This document shows, piece by piece, positions 50,307 through 63,178 of a stretch of DNA of 64,000 nt. Below the pieces are notes generated by a model. It made no database searches. It worked only from the letters and a program-made list of their open reading frames with translations, and was not told the origin of the DNA. The stretch comes from Lama guanicoe (Eukaryota), in contig MU054323.1 of assembly GCA_013239625.1 (NCBI GenBank), forward strand, positions 13,313,950 through 13,377,949. The letters run 5' to 3'. The position numbers were made by a program, and so were the translations under genes. Positions within the stretch are counted from its first letter, which is position 1; each line of letters begins with the position of its first letter.

Positions 50307-51883
50307 GTAAGTGGCACTGTTGGGCTGGAGGGCTTCTCTCAGGGACCTGTCCCTACCCTGTTTGGGGGCCAGACACTCTGGGAGTGAGGGAAGAAATCAC
50401 CAGATATTTTGGCACCTTGCTTTTTCTGGAAGCTTCCATGCTTTTTCTGAGCCTGCCTTATCACTGGAATTAGGATGTGAGCAATGATTGTTGAAGCTAG
50501 CTGGCTTCTAACGTGCTTTCCAAGCTGGAGACGCCATGGGTAGGGTGAAGAGCCAAAATGATGAGAACATTGGCTGGGAATTGCCTAAAACTCAGAGAGC
50601 CATCAGCTCAGGGTTTAATATGGCAACATCTCATTAAGTTGCATAATTCTTCTTTCTTGGCCCTTGGAGAAACGTATCTTGACACTTCTCTAAATTAAAA
50701 GCAACATATAGACCTCTCAGGATCTACAAAGGCTTCCTTCCACTTGGAATTCTTAAGGTGTTTTTTTTCCAGAGTTTGGCCCTAGAGAGTGGCTGTGTCG
50801 TCATGGCACGAATGGGAATAGAGCTGATAGCTTTCCAGATAAATCCATCAACTTCCAGATTACCCTTTTAGGTTGTGCCATGTGGCTATAGTGTGGTTGT
50901 ATTTTGAGGAAAGTAGAAGACTGACTGGCCCTTTGAGACGCAAATAAAATGAAACAGAGACTGTGTTACTGTCTTGCTCAATCCTGGTTGATTGTATCCA
51001 TGCTTCTGAGATAGCTCTCACTATTCCTCAGTAGGGTACTCTTGTTCTGTGTGAAAGGCTTCTCTTTGCAAGTAATGGGGAATAAAATATAAAAAGTATT
51101 TTCATCTGCACACATTTTTCTTCTGAGGCGAGGGATGCAGAATTAAACATACAGACAGTCATTCAGATCGCTAGGAAGGGGAAGAAAGAATGACTGGAGG
51201 GAGGGACCGCTCTTCATTTAGTGAGCACCACCACAACTCACGAGCCATAAAGAAAAGACTTTTCATCGAAAAAACAAACCAAAAATCAAAAACCTGACTG
51301 GCCAATAATAGGATTAGTTAACTAACTGCCTTTTTCTTATTTGTCTTTGACTCTGTAGAGTAGCCCCTTCCTTGCAGTCTTATTTTGACTTAAAGATTTG
51401 CATCTAATTTTCTGTAGTCATTAAGTGATCTCTAGGAAGATTGGGCAGTCATGATAAATGCATATGATACAATGTCAAGTGAAAACTCCAGTGATCATAA
51501 TTTGTGGAGGAAGGGAAGGAAAGAAGACATAAAAAGATAATTTTTGAAATTAATGGTAATTTTAGCTTCTTCCTTTGTTTTCCAAATTTTTGTAATACTT
51601 TAAATTGGAACGACCAGGGTTCTGGTATGCTCTTTCCCAACTGTGTAAGGTTGGGCATGTCATTCAACATCTATGAGTTTTGATTTTTCTGAACTGTAAA
51701 ATAAGGTTTATACTTACTTCACAGAGTTGTATTTTTTTAATCACATACATAAAAGCCATTTGTTAATAACTAAGTACTATATGGAGTATTAAAATGAAAT
51801 ATTACAATCCAAACACATAAGGGTTATCTATTCCTCTTCCTTTTGTGATCTCTTCTGAGTTGGGGCCTTTTAACTAGAAATAC

Positions 51884-52223
51884 TTTTTTTTTTTTTTTTT
51901 TCTTTATTTATTTAGTTTTTTTTGAGGTATAGTCAGTTACAGTGTGTCAATTTCTGGTGTACAGCATAATGTCCCAGGCATGCATATATATACATATATT
52001 CATTTTCATATTCTTTTTCGTTAAAGGTTATTGTAAGATATTCAATATCATTCCCTGTGCTTTACAGAAGAAATTTGGTTTTTTTAATCTGTTTTCATAT
52101 ATAGTGGTTAACCTTTGCAAATCTCAAACTCCCAGATGTATCCCTTCCCACCCCCTTTCCCCCAGTAACCAGAAGATTGTTTACCATGTCTGCGAGTCTG
52201 TTTCTGTTTTGTAGGTGAGTTCA
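51884..52223 (-). mobile_element. Young L1 3' end with long T-tail
   Basis: ~T18 then gaggtatagtcagttacagtgtgtcaatttctggtgtacagc; degenerate TSD aaatactttt / aaatattttt. Confidence 0.9.
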
Positions 52224-55199
52224 ACAAATATTTTTCTGTTAGAATGTGTTAGTAATGTCAAGAAGTGGTTCGTTCACTTCACATAGCTTCAATTATGGGA
52301 CATGTCTGGGGTCCTGAACTTGGCTCATTTCTTTTTTTAGAGGTTAATGATGCCTTAATAGGATCATGAGACCATCTGAACCATTCTTGGTGAACTAGAC
52401 TGGCTCACCGTAAATTGTTCCTTAAAACGTTACAGTAACTCTTTTTGTAAGCCTTGTTCCTCATCTCCTATTTTTTTTAAGTTTTTCTGTGACCAGGTCC
52501 CTAACACCCGCTTTGCCTTTTCGCTCCCTTCATCTCCTTGTTCTCTTGTTGAGTGACTTTCTGGAAAGTTCTCCCAGAGTTCACAAAGCACTCTCCTGCT
52601 TTCGCAAAGAAGTCAGCTTGGTAAAGCTTGTCCACCAACAAATACATAGTTTCTCTTTCCTCTTAACATTATATCTGATCCTTTAATTTCTGGATTTGTT
52701 GCATATTTTCCCCATAGTTCTCTGGCTTCTGCCAAAATTGTTTCAGGCATACTCAGTTGTTTTATTGGTCCATGGCAGTATAATCTGCTGTAGTAACTTG
52801 TGGAGCTTATTAATTTGTATAGTTCCTGGCAACTCTGATTTCTACCATACCTCAATTTGTATGGTTCTTGGCAATCCTGAATTGATTATATGGAGTCTTA
52901 AGATTGTCTGTGATGACATCTTCATCTTAGCCATTGTCTGTCTGTGTCCTGAGAGACAGAGCAGCTATAAACTGCAGTAAGAGCCTCCTCCCTGACTTCA
53001 TCAGAGCCAGTAATTGATCAGTTGTTTGAAAAAGGTGATTTAAACTGGAAATCATAAAAAAGAGAATGTCTTTTAAATATTTACATTTTAATTTAAAACC
53101 TGTAATATACATTTATTCCCCAGTCTCTGAAAAAGGGCTGAGTTCTGTCTTTGAGTGAAAGTCCATTTGTATTCTGCATGACTTGTCTTGCATAAACCAC
53201 ATCTAGTAAGCATGATCTACATCACCCACTTGAAAGGGAGTAAGAATTGAAAGGCCTTTTGAAAGTAAATGAGTGCAAAATCCCTCTAGATTTTTAGTTT
53301 TTCTCAATTTTCTACAGTTGTCTTACCCACACCTCGTTTGATAGCATTTTTTCCCCTAATTCAACCTTAGTCTTTCTAAGGTTTAACTTGTTCTAGAAAC
53401 AAGTCTTCTACTCGCTCATATTTTCTTGATTTATGTACTATTTATGTAATTACAAAGATCAATACATTGGCACAGAGAGTCTGGGAAGAAACACAGCAGG
53501 GTCTCAGTCAGCCAGCAAACTACTCAACACATCAGGACAGAAGTGTGCAGACCCACCCGAGAAGAGTAAGCTGGCTGTAGGCCATCCACCTGCTCGTGGG
53601 TATAAGCCAGGATGTTTTCCCGGGTTGATCGAACAAGTTGGTTAAGTGGAGGCTAGTTAAAAGAGTGTGTGTCTTTCTCCCGTCAAAGAAGCTGCTGTTA
53701 CATGAGACAAAACATTTTGTACCAAATTGAAGTTCAAGTTTTTATCAGGGACTCAAACTAGTTTCATTATACACATGATAGACTAACAGCTCAGATCTCA
53801 TCCTTCCTGGAAAGTAATTAAGAAAAGAAAGATAAATTTGTTACCCAGGCTATAGTATTTTCGCTTGGCTGTAGAATTTCCCCAGGGCAGCAGGCGTTCC
53901 GACAAGGAGCAGCAGCGTAGTTATCGGAGGTGGTGTCTTACTGAGAACAGACCTGGGACTATGAGGTGGATGTCAGGAAGGCAGGTTTCGGATCAGTGTG
54001 CAGATGACATTTCTAATAACCAGAGGCAGTCAGCACACAGCTGTCTCATGAAATCGTGGGTGTTTCCCTAGCGATATCCAAGAGCAGGTAGGACCCCCAC
54101 TGGCTGGCAGAAGGCCTCCTACTTCCAGCAGGATGTTGTCCTAGGTGACCTTGAAGGTACTTTTGAACTTTAATGGCCTAGGATTTTTATTTCTAAACTA
54201 CTTCTTGGCTCCTACCTAATTTTTTGTTTTTACGTCTTGTCTGTTGTTTTCACTGCCTGGGCCTTTGGCCACTCATTTACATTGCTATGCATTGCCTAAA
54301 AGCACCTGAAACAGAAATCACTAAAAAATGTCCAGGCCAGACCTCTCATCACCTGTGAGAGGGTATGGATATGACATATAGCCTGATTTTTCATTTCCTC
54401 AGTGCCTGTGATAATTGCTCAATAAAAACTTTGTCCTTGGGCACTCTAAAGGAAGCAGTCAATATTTAGTCTTTGCAACGGCAGCCTTCACACTTTACCC
54501 ATAATATGCTGTTCCCTGCCTTGATTGGTGCACAGAGGAGACTATGTGATAGGAACTGAATTTCATTTTTATAATAGAAGATATAATGAAAAGAAAAAGA
54601 TATACTATTATTAATGCAGCTGTTCCTCACTTCAAGCAAAGCTGATAAACAAGATCAGAAATTGTAAGATGTATACATTGGAGTGATTATTTACATCATA
54701 AAATAATTATTCTTTACAAAATTCATGATAGTGTTTCCTTAAATACCAGTTTTCTCTAATATATTTAAAAGCTTATTCTCACATCACAGACTACGTCCTA
54801 GACTGCTACATCCACAGACCACCTCAGTGTTCATCCAGCCCAGCTCCTTCATTTATAAGTAAGGAAGTCGAGGCCCAGAGAGAAGTTCTAAATCTTATTC
54901 TTAGGGTCATATAGCTAATGCTTCGCAGATTTTGGCCCAGAAACCCTCTTCCAGGATCTTTCCACTTAATTCTACTTCTCAAGGCCGAGGACCCCATGAC
55001 ACCACATTCTCCTAAAAATTGGCTTCCTTTTCACTTTATTTCTTTGTTTTGCTCTCATTATTAATGTGTATTCTTAGAAAATTGGCAAATACAAAAATGA
55101 ATCAAGAAAGAAAATCCCCTGCAGTGTCACTGTCCAGGGATAATCTGTCACCATTTTGACCTCCAGTTTCTTTAAATGGACATCCTTACTCCCCCAACC

Positions 55200-56190
55200 T
55201 CCGTTGAACCGTCTCCCATTTGATCCTCAGTACACTGAGATCAGGCCCTCTGACCCCTCATCTGGGTGAAACGTCTTCCTCTTGGGTCATCAGTGACATC
55301 TGTCTGCTCAAGCCATTAGTCTCGTGTCTCACTCCATCTCTGTAACAGTCAGCGGTGGTTTCTCGTCTTCCCTCCCCTTTCCCCTTTGATGGACTTCAGG
55401 ACATTACTCTTCCCTTTGTCCTCCTACCTCTTGCACTGGTGTTTTTCTGTCTCATTTTAGATTCTTTTTCAATCACCATTTTGTAAATAATGTCCCGGAG
55501 AGTTGCATGTTTAGCCCTCTTTTTACTCTATCCTCCTGGGATATTTTATCCTCTTCTCCGGGTCAACTATTACTTACGTGGTATGGGTGGCCAAGTTACT
55601 ATCTTCTGCCGTCTGAGTGCTACACTCCTGTTCCCAGCTATCTATAATTGGACCTTTCCCCCAGGGTGTCTTGTAACGTCTCCACATGAAATTATCCGAA
55701 ACCAAATTAATGACTGTTCCTCCTCTGACCTGTTACTCTCCCTGTGTACACTCATTCATTGCCGAACATCCCATACTGGAAATCCTGAAGTCACACTTTA
55801 ATTTTTCTCCCTATCCATCCAAGCCCTCATCCTGTCAACTCTACCTCAGCGGTATTCTTCAGACCTCTCTCTGCGCCTCTGTTACCACGGCCCCAGGCAT
55901 CCCTTCAAGCATCCCTTACCTGGACTGTGGCTGGCAGCAGCCTCCTGACTTCTCTCCCTGCCTCTCCTCCATTCCTGCTCCATAGTGCTGCCAGTTCACA
56001 TTTTCGAAACAAATCTGGTTTTAAATCCTTAAGACTATCAGCTGCTTACTACTGCCTGCAGCCTGAAGTCCACATCCATTAGCTTGGTAACAGGACCCTG
56101 TATGCTCTGTCATTCCTCTTCGCCTTGCCTGGAACCCAGCTCACCGCTTAGCACAGTGCCTCACCTACGGCAGACACTTGGTACCTATTG
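55200..56190 (+). mobile_element. L2 LINE fragment (sense)
   Basis: Pyrimidine-rich L2 body ending cttagcacagtgcctcacctacggcagacactt. Confidence 0.65.
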
Positions 56191-57167
56191 CACAAAATAG
56201 TCTCCCTGCATTCGAGAATGTGTTCCTTCTGTACCCCTTCGTCTAAATCCCAGCTAGTCCTGTAGAATAAGTATTCATTTTATCAAAGATATAATGGACC
56301 ACACCTAGTGGAGGAATGATCTGCTAACACTTCTAGGTGGGAGGCTACTTCCTCTATGTGCTTTGGTTAAATTACAAGTAGAGCAAAAGGGAAAAAGAGC
56401 AGCTCCCTGCTGTCAGGACACACATTGTGCAAATCATCCTTGTGGTTCTGACAATTGAACTCAAAAAGTGTTCTTGTTCTCTCTTCCAAGGGAGGTCCGC
56501 TACAGGTTTTGTATACGTACATTTTTTTTTAAAGGCAGGAGACCATATATAATATCACTCAACTATTATATTTGGCAGAGTGGGGTTTTTTTTAATGTGT
56601 TTAGTTAACCTGTAAAATAAATTATCATTGAAGGAGTTTTTAAAAAATAACTTCTGATTGGAAAAAAAGACCTTTGGTAGGAAAAAAAATTAAAGACAGT
56701 GAAACCACAGTATTTAGAATGCAAACATTGTAAAATGCCATAGAACTCTTGAGGTCTTATTGTGTATTTGTAATGGATCTATACCATGAATGTAGGTAAG
56801 GCTGAGGAAAATATGTTCATTTGTTATTTTAAAAAAAAAAAGATCAAGTTTCTTCCCACCTTCAAAGATAATAGTGAGAAGAGTTTACTAACTACCAAAT
56901 CATGCTTTTATTTTTATGAAATTTTCTGTTTGCTGTGTATAGCACCTAAAATAATATCAGAGGTTTTGATAAAGAGGTGCCCATATTGAATGAACTGACA
57001 TATCAATTGAACAAAATGACAGACTTGAACCAGGTATATATAAATCATTTTATCTTCTTAATACGAGAGACACCCTGTTGCATTAGAACTGCATTTGGGA
57101 CCCTAGAATTTGCGACAGATAAGGCCTAAGAAAGAATGGTTTGTACAATTCCTTTTAAGTGTTCCCA

Positions 57168-57430
57168 GACGTTTTGCGTGTGGCGGGCCCTGGCCGTGCA
57201 CCTGTGCGGCTGTCGTGACGGGGCTCGTGCTGCTGGGGCGTCGCTGTTTCCGGGCGCCGTCGCCGTACGTGCTTCCTGTTCCGCCTCGTGCAGGGATGCG
57301 GCTCCCGGTTTTCTTCCTCCGCGGCGCTTTATGCTGCTTTCAGGAGCCTCCTCTTTCACCCAGATACGCCGGCTCTTCTTCTCCCGTGTCTGGCACTGTG
57401 TCCGTAAGTCAGACTTTCTCCTCCCTGCGT
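57168..57430. promoter_or_regulatory. Intronic CpG-dense patch (mini CpG island)
   Basis: About 23 CpG in ~160 bp (57170-57327) against a CpG-poor background; regulatory role unproven. Confidence 0.5.
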
Positions 57431-60400
57431 CCTCTCCCATGGCTGTTCCTCTCTCAGGCTCACTCCTCCCAGTTTCTTCTAACTTCCTCACCAGGAAAAA
57501 AAAAAACAACAAAACAAACAAAAAAAGAACAACAGAACCAAAAAAACCCCTCGCTTCCACCTGGCAAGGTCCTGAAGCGACTTTCTTCCAACAGAAACTG
57601 GCTTTGTCCTCTGCTCCCGCACCTAGGTCAAAAACACAGCTATTGCTTGTCCCCATGTTAATCATCCCTGCCTCGTTCTCATGCTGAGTCAGTTGCGTGA
57701 CTCCTTCTACAAACCACCTGTCCCCTCGTCTGCTCTACCCACAGTCCTAAGTATTGTACTTTTTACTCCTCCTCGCCTCTGTTGTACTTTAGTTTCTGGC
57801 CAATTTATTTTTATTTTTCAAGAAGTTGACTCAGATGGCACCTCCTCCAGGAAGCCTTCCGGGATAGCCTTGCCCACCCGACCCCCTCCAGGGTGGCTTA
57901 CACGGCCAGCACTTGCTCCCCTAGCACTATCGTGCCCTGATTCCCCACCTGATTGACCTCTTTAACAGTGGGAACTGTGTGGAAGAATCTTCTTTCAAAG
58001 TATTTTTGCTCTTGTTCTTTACATTCTAACGATCATTTTGATTTCTGTCACAAGTTGACCACTTTTCTACAGTCTTTGCTTTTATTTGCATCTCTTCGTA
58101 TCCAGTCCATTCCTGTTGTCAATGCTTATTTTCTGAAACTCATCAATGGCTTTCTTCTAAGTTCCACATACACACACACGCACTTCTCATCTTCAGAGTC
58201 TTTGAATGAGAAAACTAGAGGGGGAAATGAATGTCCAAGTTCTCTTTTACTCCTTCTTGGAATATTACACTAGAATTCTTTTTCCCATAAAAGCATGAGT
58301 TGATATAAAACATTAGTGTCTGTGGTGATTTTAAAAACAGAGAGTAAAACTTCCTGAGTAATTCTGTTGAAAGTAATTAACTGAACATTACCACAGTCAC
58401 TGGGTTTTATAAATTAATGTCTTTTTCTGGATGAGGGCAGCTGTTTCATTTGGGGGCATTGTTTGCTCGCACGTATCTGCGATGTGACTCCTTGGTCACT
58501 GTCATCACTCTGTCTCAGAAGAGTATGGAGGGGATTGGTGCCTTCAGAACACATTGCAAATGCAAAGTGAAAGCAAAGGCCTATTTAGAATGCTCATGTT
58601 CACATTAACCAAAAAAATGTTCCAGATCTCCTCACCCCAACAGCAAACCTAAGATTAGATATATTTAGGGAAAGACTAAAGCAGGAAACAGTCTTACAAG
58701 TGAACACACACATCCTCTTCCTTCTAAAGAAAGCAAGAGAGACAGGCACCTACCACTCAAATCCACCCCTTGCTGTTCAGAGCACAGGAAAACGATCACC
58801 TTATTTGTGGCCTTACCACTGAACTCTGTACCAGCAGGGATTATCTGCTACCCCCTCCCCATTTGTCTCAAAGAGAAAAAGGAAGAAAAAGGGCAAAGCA
58901 AAATAAACTCTTGCTTGCTGGGTTGCTAAGAAGCTAAGCCCCGTAGAAGAGGTTTGGGGAAAGCGTTAGACACGGGGATGTTGGACCCAACCTAAATATT
59001 CTCTTCCAGAAAGTGCGGATGCTGTATAACTTGCACTGTCTGCTCATGGAGGTACTTTGTATATCACATGAAAGTGCACCTGTGAAAGTTTCTTCTAAAA
59101 AAGCACACATGTGAAAGGTCCCAAAACTCACTTCTTACCGCCGGCCATGCCCCTGGGATTAAAATACTCATATTGCTTTTTATATGTAGACATTAAGCCA
59201 ACCTCTTAATACAAGTTAAGAAATCAAATCTGGAAATGCTGGAGGAGAAGCAATATATTTCTTAGAAGTCTGCAGCATGAGCTATGTAGTATGACTAATC
59301 TTATTCATAAAATCTTTAAGAAAAACAGAATTCATTCTTTTTAGATCTTGGCATCTTCTATAACTTTTGATTTGATCTTTTAAAGTTACTTTTTGATAGA
59401 AACATTCCTCCCCTGACAGCAGTGACCTCAAACTCATAGAGATTATTTTTAAAGAAATGACATGTACTTACTGATCAGAGTGTTCCCCCAATGGAAAAAT
59501 GCTCTAGGAAGTTAATTATTTAAAGGTTAGGAAGATAGGGAAATTGTTGCTTTTCGCAGAATGACCTTTGTGGATCAGATTTTTTTTTAAATAGGATTTG
59601 CATCTCTTTCCAAACAGGGATAAGGGCCTGACTAACCCTCAATTTCAGCTGTGTAAACACTGAAACTTCAAACTGCTTGGAAAGAAAATAAGAGCAAAAC
59701 TTGTAACAACCAATGTAAAACCTGGATAAGACAATGGTATTGTCCCCCTTGTGCAATCACCTGTGAGTTTCCTTACAAAGAAAAACAGAAAAAAAGCAAA
59801 AATTATTTCATTCCTGTGAGTGTAAAAACCATTGCAGAAATAGTGTTTAAATGTATGTAAAGTTTCTGACTCAGAAGCCTGTCATGTCTAATGAATATGG
59901 CAGTTTTCATTGAGGTGCTGCTGTATCGTATTCCATTTTGTAATAAAAACTATAACATACCTACAGCTTTGTCCACAAGAGGAAAAAAAAACAATTATTG
60001 AGCCCTCTTTTAACACACACTGTAAACTTGATTGGCAAAACTCTGGTTGTGTTGCTGGCTTGATTTATCTTTCTGAATGCATTCATTAATGACTAGCTAT
60101 GTTTTTAGAGCAACTGAATAACATGATTGAGTGGAATTGTTCCTATTAATAAGCTGTTAATTTATTCACACGTTGAGAGAACCTTTATAAGATTTCCTAC
60201 AGGGTTCATGATTGATTTAATAATAATTTTGAATACTTACTCTTAGTTTTCCCCAATGATCCCCTGTATAAGAACTTGCAGCCCCTCCTGAAGAGAATGG
60301 ACTGGTTTGTGATTCGCTCCAATAGAGTGAGCAAAGCACGTGTCTCTCCTTTGCACACTGGAAAATCTAGTTGAGATGAGGGATGTGGCAGGTTTTATCC

Positions 60401-60743
60401 AATTTCACACACAGGGAAGTGATTTAAAACCACTTCATAACCTGCATAGGGAATCAGCATTTCAGTTTTTTCCTGGACACTTATTCTAGGTTTGAATTTG
60501 TCATCAGCTATTAAAGCTAAGAGTCCAAACTGAATTTTGTCAAAGGTAGAACAATCTGAGAATTCGCCAGAACCAAGTGAGAGGGATCTTTTATATGCTC
60601 AGTGATGTTCTGTCGTCTGAGAGCCATTTATACGTTGAGGCTCTGTTTGCTGCTTTGCTAATTCTTACTGCCGTAAGAGGAAAGAAGGGGCAGTAGCTTT
60701 TCTGGTAGAATTTTATGAATTTACATTTGAAGAACACCTTTGT

Positions 60744-60794
60744 GCTGTACACCAGAGATTGACACATTGTAATTGACTGTACTCCAGTAAAAAA
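60744..60794 (+). mobile_element. Extremely 5'-truncated (51 bp) L1 3' end
   Basis: gctgtacaccagagattgacacattgtaattgactgtactccagt + A-tail; 14-bp TSD aagaacacctttgt at 60730-60743 and 60795-60808. Confidence 0.88.
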
Positions 60795-61962
60795 AAGAAC
60801 ACCTTTGTTATTTGATATATTAATCAGGTTTCCGCAGTCAGTCTGACCCTGCCAAAATAAATATATAGGAAACTGTTATGAAAAAAGCTCATTAAACTTT
60901 CCTAATAATATGACTATCTACCAACTTTAAAAAAAAAAAGGTTAGTGTTGACATTAAAGTCTTATCCTCTTTGGCAAATGTTTTCACCCTTGTCCGTTAT
61001 AGCTTCTTTGGGTTAAGAATCTGTAAATAGCAGTTCTAATGAAAGTATTTCATTTCATAAAATTAAAACTCAGTAACTTCTAACTGGGTCATAGGCAGCC
61101 ATTTGAACTCTATAGCATTTAGTAGGGAAGAGGTTTTTTTTAATCATTTTTTAAAAGCACAAACTTCTTCATATAATTCAAATATGGTGGCATTATTTTC
61201 AGTATTATCTGAAAGTAGGTGAATTTGTTTTTATCATTTGTATTTTATCATATAACCTTGTCTTTTATCACAGAGGGTTGAACTCAGTCTGTTGAAATAT
61301 ATATTCCTCTAGGACACACTAGACCTCGGAATAGAATCCAGCCTTGAAATTCTACCCTGAGGCTTAGCTGCCTCTTGTGATTTCATTCAAAGTCGCATAT
61401 TTGCAGCAATTTTAATAGTTAGATTTCCAGTAATGAAAGGCCATTTTGTAGACAGGTTACTGCAGTGTTTTTCTGGTTATCTTCTTCTGCTTTGTGCTTT
61501 TCAGAAAAGACTGGGGGGCATGGTTGACTCAGTAACCATTGAAAGGACAGATACTTTGTGTGGCCCCCACATCTCTGGTCCAGTGTTGGGGAGATTTTTC
61601 ACTGATTTAAGTAGGTGTTATAGCTCAGTAAAGAATGGCCCTATGTTTGGCAAGAAAGCAGATATGGAAACTCTACTTACAGCCAAATTTACAAGAATAA
61701 AGTAATTGGTTAACGTAAAAGGAAATGGTTTTGACAGATTTACATTCTTGGGGTGGGTTAGAAATCCACCAAAATTCAGGACTCAAGTGCCTTTTTATCT
61801 TGAAGTGGAAGAATCCGACAGAAGTGGAAAGCAGCTCTGTGTGAATGCAGGGCTGTTGGCACATCCAGTCTTTCTTACTGTTATGTTTTCAGCTCCGTTG
61901 TGGTACAGGTAGACCTCGGGTATCCTGTCAACACTCTTTTTTACTTTCTCCACTCTGTTTAG

Positions 61963-62139
61963 ACTTAGAGGTGGATCAACCCACAGAAGAAAAGAAAGAA
62001 TGCTACTATAATCTGAATGATGCCAGTCTTTGTGACAATGTGCTGGCCCCCAACGTCACCAAACGAGAATGCTGCTGTACCTCTGGTGCTGGGTGGGGCG
62101 ACAACTGTGAGATCTTCCCCTGCCCCGTCTTGGGGACTG
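61963..62139 (+). CDS. LTBP1: LTBP1 exon, TGF-beta-binding 8-Cys/TB domain Cys1-Cys7 ([59 protein letters not shown])
   Basis: ctgtttag|AC acceptor; ACTG|gtaaga donor; 177 nt; CCC triplet, GxGWG motif and FP insertion. Confidence 0.96.
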
Positions 62140-62854
62140 GTAAGAACCAGCTAAGGGGTGTGTTCACACTCGCATTTGTCCTCTGGTGTTCACGGGCCTT
62201 GGAATGTTCCCATTTGGGATATTACATTGAAGCCTTGAAATGATAGCATCTACTGGTACCTGTCATAGTCAGATTGAGGTGAGATTACCTTCAGGTGAGT
62301 TTTGCTCAGGGCTGGGACCCACACCCGTATCCTACCTCAGTATGAATCCTTAAACTTCTCTCTGTCACAGAGTATACTGTTTCTGCGACATACCATGTGA
62401 TATTTTGGCATGAAGATACTTCAGTTTTATTCCATTTTTGAGTCAAAACCAATCATTTTTTGCTAACCATTATTCCTAATTAGAGCTTTCATATTTAAGA
62501 TTTTGCTTGATGCGTTCTTATTAAGAATTTAAAATACTAGAAATGACAGTGTTGGAGAAATAAGTCATGAGACCCCACTGCATCCATAAGTAAAACATGG
62601 GTTAATAATATGTGGGTGAACTAGGAAAGATTTTTAAAAATTACAAGTGAACTTATGAAGTCTTTAGATTTGTTTGCACCTAATCTGTAACTTTTGAAAT
62701 TGTACTGAACTTATTTGTCTGAATTAAATGGCAAGATTTGCCTTAAAGTTCCTGAGTCTGAAAAAGCAAAACTGAAGTTGAAACACGTGCTCATGGAAGA
62801 TGCTGATTTTTTTCTTTCTTTGACTTTTTTTCCCCTTGTCTCTTCTGAAATCAG

Positions 62855-62938
62855 CTGAATTCACTGAGATGTGTCCTAGAGGGAAAGGTTTTGTCCCCAG
62901 TGGAGAATCTTCTTACGACGACGGCGACAACTATAAAG
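62855..62938 (+). CDS. LTBP1: LTBP1 exon, end of TB domain plus linker (AEFTEMCPRGKGFVPSGESSYDDGDNYK)
   Basis: Polypyrimidine tract + atcag|CT acceptor; AAAG|gtcaga donor; 84 nt; supplies Cys8 of the TB domain. Confidence 0.94.
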
Positions 62939-63083
62939 GTCAGAATCAAGCGGAAGTGAATTGGCAACGTGTGTGCACATATGACATTCAAGTAACAGCA
63001 TGACTCGGGCTAGGCAGAGGGTTCTTTTCAGAGGTGCTAACTGATTACAAAGCCTTGAATTCTACCATTGGAAGGAAGGCCCA

Positions 63084-63178
63084 GCGGGGAAGGGGGTATA
63101 GCTCATGCTTGGAGCGCATGCTCAGCACACAAGAGTGCCCGGGTTCAATCCCCGGGGCCTCCTCCAAGTGGAAATCAA
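63084..63178 (+). mobile_element. tRNA-Ala-derived SINE / tRNA retrocopy lacking a poly(A) tail
   Basis: ggggtatagctca...gctcagcac...gggttcaatccccgg...cctcctcca; 15-bp TSD tggaaggaaggccca at 63069-63083 and 63179-63193. Confidence 0.88.

Noticed and set aside
57110-57687. Three ~180-aa ORFs as a novel nested gene
   Set aside because: No recognisable domain; stop-free frames are expected from local GC richness; they run through a simple A-rich tract; the first does not start with ATG
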